The notes beneath the pieces are model-generated. The model did no database searches, was not told the origin of the DNA, and saw only the letters and a list, made by a program, of their open reading frames with translations. 64,000 nucleotides of DNA. Source: a bacterium. GTDB lineage: Bacteria > RUG730. A program made the position numbers and the translations under genes. The stretch spans positions 1 through 64,000 of the forward strand of contig JAVBNQ010000010.1 in assembly GCA_031551405.1 (NCBI GenBank), read 5' to 3'. Positions 23,723 through 32,750 of this stretch are shown here, piece by piece (position 1 is the stretch's first letter; every line of letters begins with the position of its first letter).

Positions 23723-24618
23723 CTATTTTGCCCCAATTTCAATCGATATTTTTTTGCCACCAGCTCAGCTATGACGTTAAAAAACAACGTTACAAGAAAC
23801 AAAATAAGTCCAATTGCAAAAAGCGCTTGATAATGCGTAGTCCCGACTGCCGACTCGCCCATTTCTGCAGCTATAGTTGACGTGAGCGGTCTAACCGGAT
23901 CAAAAAAAGAATTTGGAATGACAGCAGCGCCTCCGGCTATCATCAAAACCGTCATAGTCTCGCCAATTACACGGCTCATGCTGAGAATTATTGCCGTCGA
24001 GATTCCAGACATTGCACTTGGAATTGTAATATGCACTAGAGTTTGCCACTTATTCGCTCCGAGACCGTATGAGGCTTCTTTAAAACTTTTAGGAACATAG
24101 CTCAGTGCGTCTTCGGAAATACTTGCAACCGTCGGTATAGCCATTATCCCCAGCACAACGCTCGCAGTGAGAGCGCAAAGCCCGATAGGCAAATTGAAAA
24201 TTTTCTGGATCAAAGGCGCTACCACCATAAGTCCAAAAAAACCGAAAACTATCGACGGAATACAAGCTAAAAGTTCAACAATGGGTTTTAAAAATTTTTT
24301 CTGGCGAGCTGTTGCGAGTTCATTGATGTAAATCGCAGCTGCAAGTCCGAACGGAACACAAACTATCATGGCTCCAACTACGATCCAAATCGATGCTAAA
24401 AGCAAAGGCAAGATACCAAAATCCGGATTTTCGCCGGTCGGATACCAACTCGTGCCACCAATAAAACTAAAAAAATTAACCTTGAAAAAAAACGGAATAC
24501 TTTCTTTAAACAAAACAAAAACAATGCCAAACAAAAAAAATAGAGAAGCGAAGGCAATAACGCAAAATAAATTTTTTATAATTTTTTCTTTGAGATTATT
24601 CATAAAATTGTTAAACAA
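23719..24618 (-). CDS. pstC: Phosphate ABC transporter permease
   Basis: ELLACIPSIVFG, SRVIGETMTV, ALFAIGLILF. Confidence 0.95.
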   Translation of the reverse strand: MFNNFMNNLKEKIIKNLFCVIAFASLFFLFGIVFVLFKESIPFFFKVNFFSFIGGTSWYPTGENPDFGILPLLLASIWIVVGAMIVCVPFGLAAAIYINELATARQKKFLKPIVELLACIPSIVFGFFGLMVVAPLIQKIFNLPIGLCALTASVVLGIMAIPTVASISEDALSYVPKSFKEASYGLGANKWQTLVHITIPSAMSGISTAIILSMSRVIGETMTVLMIAGGAAVIPNSFFDPVRPLTSTIAAEMGESAVGTTHYQALFAIGLILFLVTLFFNVIAELVAKKYRLKLGQNR

Positions 24619-24634
24619 TTTCCCCTTTAAATTT

Positions 24635-25450
24635 TTATTTTACGGATATAAAACCCTCATCTTCAACAATTTTCTGCCCATCTTTACTTAGCAAAAAATC
24701 TATAAATTTTTGGACTTCGCCTTTTGCAGCATTGTTTGTGTAAAGCAACAAGGGACGCGAGTAAGGATATTTTGATTCCAAAATATTTTGTTTTGTTGGA
24801 GCAATGTTGTCTATCGTAACAGTTTTTACAAATTTATTAACATATCCAATACCAATATAACCGATTGCTCCTTCATTTTTTGAGACAATATTTGTAATAG
24901 CCTGATTGGATGCTTGCAACAAAGCGTCTTTACGAACGAGTTCTTTGTCTAATGCAAGCTCGCTAAAACATTCGAAAGTTCCACTTGCACTATCTCGAGA
25001 TATAACAACAATTTTGCTATCTTTCCCTCCAAGCTGCGACCAATTCGTTGTTTTTCCAGTGTAAATATCTTTTATTTCCTGTTTCGTAAAATTCTTTTTA
25101 ACATTTTTTGTATGTATAATTACTACTATTCCGTCCCTTGCTACGATATACGGATTTGGATTTACGTTTTTCGCAGCAGCCAATTTTGACTCGGAATCTT
25201 TTATCAATCTCGAAGAGCTTGCAATATCGCAAGTTCCGGAAATTAAAGCATTGATCCCGACTCCAGAACCACCGCCGCGAATACTCACATTTGCATCAGA
25301 ATATGCGTCTAAATAATCTTCAGCTGCTCGTTGCAAAATCGGCAAAAGCGTTGTAGATCCTTCAACTACAATATTCTCACAAAATCCGTTAACGCCAAAA
25401 AATAATATTAAAAATACCATGCTTATAAATTGTTTAATTAATTTCAACAT
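24635..25450 (-). CDS. pstS: Phosphate-binding protein (operon-proximal copy)
   Basis: Signal peptide, EGSTT, GGGSGVG, SRDSASGT, YPYSRPL. Confidence 0.93.
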   Translation of the reverse strand: MLKLIKQFISMVFLILFFGVNGFCENIVVEGSTTLLPILQRAAEDYLDAYSDANVSIRGGGSGVGINALISGTCDIASSSRLIKDSESKLAAAKNVNPNPYIVARDGIVVIIHTKNVKKNFTKQEIKDIYTGKTTNWSQLGGKDSKIVVISRDSASGTFECFSELALDKELVRKDALLQASNQAITNIVSKNEGAIGYIGIGYVNKFVKTVTIDNIAPTKQNILESKYPYSRPLLLYTNNAAKGEVQKFIDFLLSKDGQKIVEDEGFISVK

Positions 25451-25470
25451 ATTTTTCTCCTCTAATTTTT

Positions 25471-26693
25471 TTAAAACTTATATGTCAAGTCAAATTGCAT
25501 AAGACTTTGAGGTTTTTCCGGGCCATTTATTTGTTTCATGTCATAATAACTTGATGCAAATTCCAAATTTTTTGTTAACCCAAGTAAAAATCTCAACTCA
25601 TAGCCTTGCGTATTTGGCCTTGCGTATTTGGCCTTCCATTATAAGCGTCAGAATCTCCGAGTCCAAATGGAATAGCGTTTTGCTCCAAACGCCTTTTTGC
25701 AAATTTAAATTGCCATTTGCCAAATTCTGAAATCTTTTCATCTCCGAATGTTATTCCGTAAAAAGAACCTTCTAGGGCTTCTTTATAATATGAATCATCG
25801 CTATTTTTTACATAATCTCCATAAATTGAGAGGCTGTAATTATCAATAATATTTTTAAATGTAAACTCTAAGCTTGGATTCAAACATTTGTAGTCTGTGA
25901 GAGAAGTTGTTCCTAAATAATTTGAAGTATCATTACTTGCAAAAGGTTTTCCTTTTAGATTGAATTGTTGATAAGCAACCGCAATTTTTGCCGAAAAATT
26001 TTCTATTTTGTAATTCAGTCCAGGCTGCAAAATATAAACATCCGGTCTTTTAGAACCTCTTTTTGACTCATTCAAAGTATACCAGCCTAAATTACCCAAA
26101 AAAACAATTTCTTCATCTATTTTTTTAGTTATGTTAACTGAAATACCATCGGGATTTATATCGTTGTCCCAAATAAGTTGGCTTGGGTTCCAAACTTGCA
26201 TTTTATTTTTGACTTTACCGCCAGCAATAGTTAGAAAATCAAAAGGCGAATATTGCAAGTATCCATAATCGATAAAAATCGGAGCTTTGTTAAAGCCTTG
26301 AAAAGTATAGTTTGTCGAGGTGGGATTTTTGTCGCCCGATCCCGCAAAAGCGCCTGAAGCAAGACCAAACGCTATTTTGACTTTTTCGCTAGTTTTAGTT
26401 TCGAGACCAATCCGCAGCCTCATCCTGTCTCAATTTCTAGTGCCCTCCGCATCATTCCAATCCGTTTGATGCCTAAGTCTCAAATCTCCTTTTAGCGTTA
26501 AATTTTGTACCCAGCTTGCAATTTTACTATTACTATCTTTGTCGCTTTGCAGGCTAATTTTCTTGACTTCTTCGTCTGTAAACACGCCTTTTTCTCGCAA
26601 AATACTTACAAACTGATCGATCTCGCTCGCAAAACCCAGCTGAAATAAAAAAATTCCCCACATAAAAAAAAGAACGCTTTTCCTAAAACTCAT
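25471..26693 (-). pseudogene. Disrupted outer-membrane porin (putative phosphate porin)
   Basis: ORFs 26430-26693 and 25593-26423 share a frame and are separated only by TGA at 26430-26432. A 14-bp tandem duplication (25603-25630) shifts the frame near the end. The repaired ~402-aa product has a signal peptide, KGDLRLR...RMRLRIG, and ends MQFDLTYKF (beta-barrel signal). Confidence 0.88.
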
Positions 26694-26754
26694 AAATTTT
26701 CCTCCTGAAAAAAATTTAAAAAATTAAGTGTACAAGTCACGTAATTTTTTCAGG

Positions 26755-26808
26755 AGTATATAAAAAACAAGTTAAAAAAAAATAAAATAATTGTTAAATA
26801 ATTGTTAA
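26755..26808 (-). promoter_or_regulatory. Pho-box-like promoter for porin-pstSCAB-phoU
   Basis: Minus strand TTAACA (26803-08), TTAACA (26792-97), TTTATT, TTAACT (26770-75) at 11-bp phase, then 9 nt and -10 TATACT (26755-60). Confidence 0.65.
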
Positions 26809-26857
26809 TTTTTCGCTAAAAATATTAAAAAAATCTGTACTCTTCTACTTTGGAAAT

Positions 26858-27724
26858 TTATTTTACGGATATAAAACCTTCTGCTTCAACACTCTTCTGC
26901 CCATCTTTACTTAGCACAAAATCTATAAATTTTTTTGCATCGTCTTTTGCAGCATTATTTGTGTAAAGTAACAATGGACGCGAATAAGGATATTTCGATT
27001 CCAAAATATTTTGTTTAGTTGGAAAAACATCATCTATTGCAACAGCTTTTATCGATTTATTAACATATCCGGCTCCGATATAACCGATCGCTCCCTCAGT
27101 CTTGGAAACAATGTTTAAAATTGACTGGTTAGAAACCTGCATCAAAGCGTCCTTTCTTACTCGCGATTTATCTAAAGCCACGTCTGTAAAGTATTCAAAA
27201 GTTCCACTTGCGCTATCTCGTGAAATTACAACAATTTTGCCATCCTTTCCACCAAGCTGCGACCAATTCGTTACTTTCCCGGTATAAATGTCTTTTATTT
27301 CTTGCTTGGTAAAAAAAAATTTTGGATTTTTTGTATTGACTATAACGATAATTCCGTCCATAGCAATTACGTATTCTTGAAATTTCATATTTTTTGAAGC
27401 AGCAGCTTTAAGTTCTGTATCTTTGATTTTTCTCGATAAACTCGCAATGTCACAACTACCAGCCAGCAACGAGTTAATTCCAACGCCGGAGCCACCGCCG
27501 CGAACGCTAATATCGATTAACAATTTTTTGTATCCTTCGTATTTTTCATCATCAACTACTTCTGCGTCCATATATTCCTCAGCCGCTCGTTGCAAAATCG
27601 GCAAAAGCGTAGTTGACCCTTCAACGACTACTTCTCCACAAAATACGCACGTATTTGAAAAAAACGTAAAAAGCAATATCCCACAAATTTTTTTTACTAA
27701 TTTTATCGTCAAATTTTTCTCCAT
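26858..27724 (-). CDS. pstS: Phosphate-binding protein (second copy)
   Basis: Same PstS motifs and a near-identical C-terminus to 24635-25450; ATG 27724 preferred. Confidence 0.9.
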   Translation of the reverse strand: MEKNLTIKLVKKICGILLFTFFSNTCVFCGEVVVEGSTTLLPILQRAAEEYMDAEVVDDEKYEGYKKLLIDISVRGGGSGVGINSLLAGSCDIASLSRKIKDTELKAAASKNMKFQEYVIAMDGIIVIVNTKNPKFFFTKQEIKDIYTGKVTNWSQLGGKDGKIVVISRDSASGTFEYFTDVALDKSRVRKDALMQVSNQSILNIVSKTEGAIGYIGAGYVNKSIKAVAIDDVFPTKQNILESKYPYSRPLLLYTNNAAKDDAKKFIDFVLSKDGQKSVEAEGFISVK

Positions 27725-27816
27725 AGTTTCAAGGATTCTATTAAAATTTACGAGCAAAGTCAATTGATGAGAAAATTATTTTTTGAGACAAAATGGTCAA
27801 AAAAACAAACCAAAAA

Positions 27817-28839
27817 CTACCAGTCAAACTCCCTTTTCATCAAACCTTTTCCCTCTTTTCTCTCTTCGTGCGGACGCTGATCCTCGCGAGATAAAGCCTC
27901 TAACAATTGCTCCGCTTCTTCCTCCGTCATCTGCAACTCTGCAAAAATTTTTTGCTTTTGAACTTGCGCCTGCTGTTTTTCTCCGCCTTCATCATCTCCT
28001 GATTGATTTTGGTTTTGTGCAGAATCTTGCTGCTCATCTTTATTTCGCTGATTATTTTTGTCATCTTGGTTTTTGTTGTTTTGATCGTTCTTCTGATTAT
28101 TTTTGTCATCTTGGTTTTTATTGTTTTGATCGTTTTGCTGATTATTTTTGTCGTTTTGATTTTTATTGTTTTGATCGTTTTTCTGATTATTTTTATCGTC
28201 TTGATTTTTATTATTTTGATTGTTTTTCTGATTATTTTTATCGTCTTGGTTTTTATTGTTTTGATCGTTTTTCTGATTATTTTTATCGTCTTGATTTCTA
28301 CTGTTTTGATCGTTTTGCTGATTATTTTTGTCGTTTTGGTTTTTATTGTTTTGATCGTTTTGCTGATTATTTTTGTCGTTTTGGTTTTTATTGTTTTGAT
28401 CGTTTTGCTGATTGTTAAGTATAGCGTCGGTAAGCTCGTAATTAAATTTCGCGTCAACATCTCCCGGTTCAATCTCCAGCGCTTTCTTGTAAAATTTTAA
28501 TGCCTCCTCAAAATCACTCTTCCTAAAGTTCGTATTCCCCAAATTATAGTACGCTTTTTGTTTAAATTTTGCAGCTTTTTGAGACGAAACTTTTTTGTAA
28601 TAATTTTGTGCTTTTTCAAAATCTTTTTTTTTGTAAAAAATATTGCCGAAATTAAAAATTACTCGAGGATCTCGAAGTGCTTTTTCAGGTAAATTTTCGT
28701 AATATTTCAAAGCTTTATCGTAATTTTTCTTCCCATATTCTATATTGCCAAAAATGCGATCTCTCAGAGAATTTGCAAAACAAACACTTTGCGACACAAA
28801 AAACAAAATAAAAATAAAAAATATAAAACTTTTTTTCAT
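27817..28839 (-). CDS. batC: BatC-like TPR protein with N/Q/D/K-rich repeat linker
   Basis: Signal peptide, TPRs (YNLGNTNFR...YKKALEIEPGDVDAKFNYE), MTEEEAEQLLEAL...DW C-terminus; follows two VWA genes. Confidence 0.8.
   Translation of the reverse strand: MKKSFIFFIFILFFVSQSVCFANSLRDRIFGNIEYGKKNYDKALKYYENLPEKALRDPRVIFNFGNIFYKKKDFEKAQNYYKKVSSQKAAKFKQKAYYNLGNTNFRKSDFEEALKFYKKALEIEPGDVDAKFNYELTDAILNNQQNDQNNKNQNDKNNQQNDQNNKNQNDKNNQQNDQNSRNQDDKNNQKNDQNNKNQDDKNNQKNNQNNKNQDDKNNQKNDQNNKNQNDKNNQQNDQNNKNQDDKNNQKNDQNNKNQDDKNNQRNKDEQQDSAQNQNQSGDDEGGEKQQAQVQKQKIFAELQMTEEEAEQLLEALSREDQRPHEERKEGKGLMKREFDW
28048..28416 (-). repeat. Coding tandem repeat, 8 x 45 bp
   Basis: Encodes 8 copies of NNQ(Q/K)NDQNNKNQ(N/D)DK with minor variants. 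Confidence 0.95.
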
Positions 28840-29843
28840 GCTCGCTTCTCGCTCGTTTCCTTAATAAAGCTTTCCAAAACCAAAATTAAAAAACCTAAAA
28901 ATAAAAAATAATAAAATTTTTCCTCATACTGTTCTGACATTTTTGAGTTTAATTCTTTTTTTTCAAAAGCTTCCAAATCCTTCGAAATAATTTCAACATC
29001 CAAAAGTCCATTTCTCGAGTAATAATATTTCCCACCAGTCGAATTTGCAATTTTTTTTAGCAAACTTTCGTCCAGTTTTGAAGTAACAGTCGCGCCGCGA
29101 ATATCTTTTTTGTAATCCACGATTTTGCCGGATTTATCTCGAATCGGGATAATCTCGCCTGAAATATTTCCAAATCCTATCGTAAAAATTTTCACGCCTT
29201 CTTTTTTCGCCATCTCCATTTCACTCAAAACATTGCTCTCGTGGTCTTCTCCGTCAGTTAAAATAATCAAAACCTTATATTTCTGCTCTTTTTTATCAAA
29301 AGTCTCCCTCGCCAGAGCAATCACATCGCCGAGATTTGTTCCTTGTTCCGGAACAGAATTTATATCGACAAAATCAAGAAATAATTTCACGGCGTTTATA
29401 TCGGTTGTGAGCGGACACTGCAAAATGCTTGTTCCGGCAAAAGCGATTATCCCGAGTCTATTCCCTGCCAAAGAATTTGCAATCCTCGAGAGTTCTGATT
29501 TAGCTTGAGTGAGCCTGTTCGGCTTTATGTCTTCTGCGAGCATGCTGAGAGAAGTATCGATAGCAATTATCACGTCTAGCCCTCGTTTTTTTACTTCGAC
29601 AATCTTTTTGCCGAATTTCGGGCCGGTCAAAGCAACTAAAAAAAACGTAATCGACAATATTTTTAACCAAAATTTCAAGGCTTGTTTTTTCTTTGAATTT
29701 ATCGGAATCAAATAATTCGCTAATCCGGAGTTTATAAAAATATTCAATCTTTTTTGTTTTAATTTTGCGCCTAAAAATCCCAGTAAAATAAAAACAGGAA
29801 CTGTCAACAAAAAAAACAGTAAAATTTTATGTTCAAAAATCAT
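28836..29843 (-). CDS. batB: BatB-like VWA domain protein
   Basis: N-terminal TMs, MIDAS DTSLSM, PNRL, CPLTTD, LTDGEDHE. Confidence 0.85.
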   Translation of the reverse strand: MIFEHKILLFFLLTVPVFILLGFLGAKLKQKRLNIFINSGLANYLIPINSKKKQALKFWLKILSITFFLVALTGPKFGKKIVEVKKRGLDVIIAIDTSLSMLAEDIKPNRLTQAKSELSRIANSLAGNRLGIIAFAGTSILQCPLTTDINAVKLFLDFVDINSVPEQGTNLGDVIALARETFDKKEQKYKVLIILTDGEDHESNVLSEMEMAKKEGVKIFTIGFGNISGEIIPIRDKSGKIVDYKKDIRGATVTSKLDESLLKKIANSTGGKYYYSRNGLLDVEIISKDLEAFEKKELNSKMSEQYEEKFYYFLFLGFLILVLESFIKETSEKRA

Positions 29844-29879
29844 AATTTACCTCGACGAAATCAGACGAACAATCTAGAA

Positions 29880-30896
29880 TCACGGGATTTTTATCCAAAA
29901 TAAACTCACGAGTAAAATCTCTAAAAAAAGCAAAATCAAACCTGGAATTAAAAAATACAAATAAAGCTCTTTATACTCGTGATATTCTTTTATTTTGACC
30001 TCGCTTTTTTCCATAGAATCGATTGTTTTATAAATTTTCTTGAGTCCATGCTCATCTTGTGCTCGAAAATATTTTCCTTCAGAAATTTGAGCAATACTCG
30101 TCAGCGCTTTTTCATCTAATTCATCAGGAATCGTAACATATCTTTTCCCAAAGACAGGATCATTTATTGGATATAACGCTTTCCCTTTTTTTCCAACGCC
30201 AATTGCATAAATTTTTATACCAAACGCTTTTGCAACTTTTGCAGCCGTCAAAGGATCAATTTCTCCGGCATTGTTACTTCCGTCGGTGATAAGAATCACG
30301 ATTTTACTTTTTGCCTTCAAATCCTTCATCCGTTTCACGCAAGTCGCGATTGCACTTCCAATTGCTGTTCCGTTGACATTTGTCATAGACATTTGCGTTT
30401 TATCGACAAAACTGAGAAGCGCGTCGTGATCAGATGTGAGCGGGCATTGCGTGTAGGCGATTCCTCCGAATACAACGAGACCAATCCTGTCATAAGGACG
30501 ATTTTTTATAAATTCTTTCGTAACTTCACGTGCGACATAAAATCTGTTATTAGGCTTTAAGTCTTCGGCACGCATACTTTCCGACGTGTCCAAACAAAGT
30601 AAAATATCATAACCTTTTGTCAAAACTTCCTGGATTTTGTTGCTCGATTGCGGACGAGCCAATGCAAAAATAAAAAAAATCATGCTCAGTATTTTCAAAA
30701 AAAACAAAAAATTGGCTCGAGAAAAATAACGAGATGAATTTAAATAAGCCTTTTTTTTTGCCGCTTTTACAATGGAAAGCGAGGAATATTTGATAAACGA
30801 GGAATAATTTTTGTATTTTCTCCGAAAAAAATATTCGTAAATAAAATATCCAGGAATCGTCAATAAAATAAAAAAATAAGGATACATAAATCTCAT
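29880..30896 (-). CDS. batA: BatA-like VWA domain protein
   Basis: ALARPQ, DTSESM, DRIGLVVF, GTAIG, LITDGSNNAGEIDP. Confidence 0.88.
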   Translation of the reverse strand: MRFMYPYFFILLTIPGYFIYEYFFRRKYKNYSSFIKYSSLSIVKAAKKKAYLNSSRYFSRANFLFFLKILSMIFFIFALARPQSSNKIQEVLTKGYDILLCLDTSESMRAEDLKPNNRFYVAREVTKEFIKNRPYDRIGLVVFGGIAYTQCPLTSDHDALLSFVDKTQMSMTNVNGTAIGSAIATCVKRMKDLKAKSKIVILITDGSNNAGEIDPLTAAKVAKAFGIKIYAIGVGKKGKALYPINDPVFGKRYVTIPDELDEKALTSIAQISEGKYFRAQDEHGLKKIYKTIDSMEKSEVKIKEYHEYKELYLYFLIPGLILLFLEILLVSLFWIKIP

Positions 30897-31864
30897 GTTT
30901 TTGCCTCGAGATTTAAATTTTCTGAAATTTCTTCAATTTTGGTCTTTGTAACAAAATTGTAAACATAAGAATAATGTTCGTCTATCAAAAGCGTCGTCGG
31001 AATATATTTTGCAAACTTAACCAAATCACATTCCTCAAAAAAATTTCTTAATTCTACGATTAGCGACGGATCAAAATAATTTTTCTTTAATTCAAACGAT
31101 ATTTCGTACGTCGTTTTTTCCATAATTTCAATATTAAATCTATCTTCCAAATATTCTTTGAAAATTTCCGTCAGTAAAATATAAAAAGTTTTGATTTCAT
31201 TGTTTGCTAAAAGGTTGGAATTTTTTAGTTTTTCAAGTTTTTGAAAGGCAATTGTGTGGGCCGGTAATTTCAGTTTTTCCTCTTCTAATTTTCGTTTTCT
31301 GCGAATTAAAAAATAAAAAGCTGCTGCAACCAAACTTAAAAATAAAACGCACAAAAAAATAATTATTTTTGTATCGATAAAACTAAAATTTTTTTTGATG
31401 TCTTTGATATCAAGATTTTTCGCGTCTTTCTGAGTGATTACGCCAAAAACTGAAATCACGATTTCTTTTGAAGTTAACGAAAATTTTTGATGATCCAGCT
31501 CGTAGTCAACACTAAACCCCGGGATTTTATAAACGCCTTTTGTAAAAGTTGCGAGTTTGAAATTATATCTTTTCACAACTTTATTTGAAAAAAACTTTTT
31601 CGAAGGCTCAAAAACTTTAGCGTCTTTTATTTCAAAATTTACGAAATTTGGTTTTGGAACAAAATTTGTAAGCAAAATGAAATCAGAATACTCGATATCA
31701 ATAGTAAAATCGAATACGTCGCCGATCAAAGTTGAACTTGAGGTTTTTATTGTGAACGAAATATTTTTGTCTCTAGCTGTCGTCTTTATCGTCATTGCCG
31801 AAAGACTTTTCGCGACGATAAAAAATTTAAGAAAAATGAATAAAAAAAGTATTGTTTTTTTCAT
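30893..31864 (-). CDS. Bat-operon-associated membrane protein (BatD-like N-terminus)
   Basis: Signal peptide, beta-rich domain, DIKDIK, one TM, C-terminal YLE.RF...E.TT.E and DLVKFAK motifs; stop overlaps batA start. Confidence 0.7.
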   Translation of the reverse strand: MKKTILFLFIFLKFFIVAKSLSAMTIKTTARDKNISFTIKTSSSTLIGDVFDFTIDIEYSDFILLTNFVPKPNFVNFEIKDAKVFEPSKKFFSNKVVKRYNFKLATFTKGVYKIPGFSVDYELDHQKFSLTSKEIVISVFGVITQKDAKNLDIKDIKKNFSFIDTKIIIFLCVLFLSLVAAAFYFLIRRKRKLEEEKLKLPAHTIAFQKLEKLKNSNLLANNEIKTFYILLTEIFKEYLEDRFNIEIMEKTTYEISFELKKNYFDPSLIVELRNFFEECDLVKFAKYIPTTLLIDEHYSYVYNFVTKTKIEEISENLNLEAKT

Positions 31865-31970
31865 TTTAGTCGAGGTTCTTATTATAAAATTTTTGAGTTA
31901 TTTTATCAGAAAAAAGCATAAAATTAAAGAAATATTTCCCTCGTTTACGTCATTAATTTTCTTATTCAAT

Positions 31971-32001
31971 AAAAAAAGCTCGATGGAATTAACCATCGAG
32001 C
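31971..32001 (-). terminator. Rho-independent terminator
   Basis: Minus strand GCTCGATGG-TTAATT-CCATCGAGC followed by T7. Confidence 0.85.
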
Positions 32002-32316
32002 CTTGATATTTTGTCAAGTCAAAAGGTAGAAAACAGATAAGCCCAAGGAAATTCAATTGTTTGTAAATTTTTACTTTTCTTTAAAACGACAATTTTTTTA
32101 TTTTTAGTTTTTTTTGCGGTTTTATATCTAAAAATTGCTAGGCAATTTTCTAAAATTTCAAGCTGAAGTATTATTTTTCACGACCGGATTGCGCTTATTA
32201 AAGATATCGTCTGTCTAGTAGTTTTAATGCCGGATCTACGAAGTTTTATTTATATATTTTTTATTTTTACGTAAATGTATAAAATTGTCCCTTTTAATTT
32301 ATACTGCTTTTTATAA

Positions 32317-32700
32317 TTAATTTTTTTTACATTTTTTTATTATAACTTTGTTGTGAAAATCGTAATAGTTGCCCTGCATAGTAACTTTTTCCCCTTTTTT
32401 GAAATCTTTAAGCTTCAGCGTATCTGCCCTGGGCAAAACGCATGTTACATACACTGTACCGTCTTTTTTATCCGAAAGCGACACATACGGAGTGGCCCAA
32501 ATGCTTATCCCTGTTTCTACTACTACTCCGTTTACCGTTAAAGCGTCGTCAAACTCAAAAGTGGCTGTTTCATTATTGAGATCATTGTATAATTCGTAAA
32601 CGTCACAAATTTTATTCATATTGTCATCTCCATATCTAAAAGCAGCATGCGACAAAGCAATACATAAAACAATCGCAACCAACAAAAATATTTTTCGCAT
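32317..32700 (-). CDS. Exported OB-fold (tRNA_anti-like) protein
   Basis: Signal peptide MRKIFLLVAIVLCIALSHA; LTVNGVV...YVSL...VTC...KKGEKVTMQG pattern. Confidence 0.6.
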   Translation of the reverse strand: MRKIFLLVAIVLCIALSHAAFRYGDDNMNKICDVYELYNDLNNETATFEFDDALTVNGVVVETGISIWATPYVSLSDKKDGTVYVTCVLPRADTLKLKDFKKGEKVTMQGNYYDFHNKVIIKKCKKN

Positions 32701-32750
32701 TAAACTTCCTTTAATCGACAAATAAAGCATTTTCAATCATGCGCGGGCAA

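Noticed and set aside
26430..26432. TGA recoding (selenocysteine, or genetic code 4/25)
   Set aside because: TGA is the normal stop of argS, phoU, pstB and others here, and the same gene carries a second frameshifting lesion.
27783..28500. Overlapping ORFs 27783-28418, 27927-28472 and 28003-28500
   Set aside because: These are stop-free alternative frames created by the 45-bp repeat inside batC.
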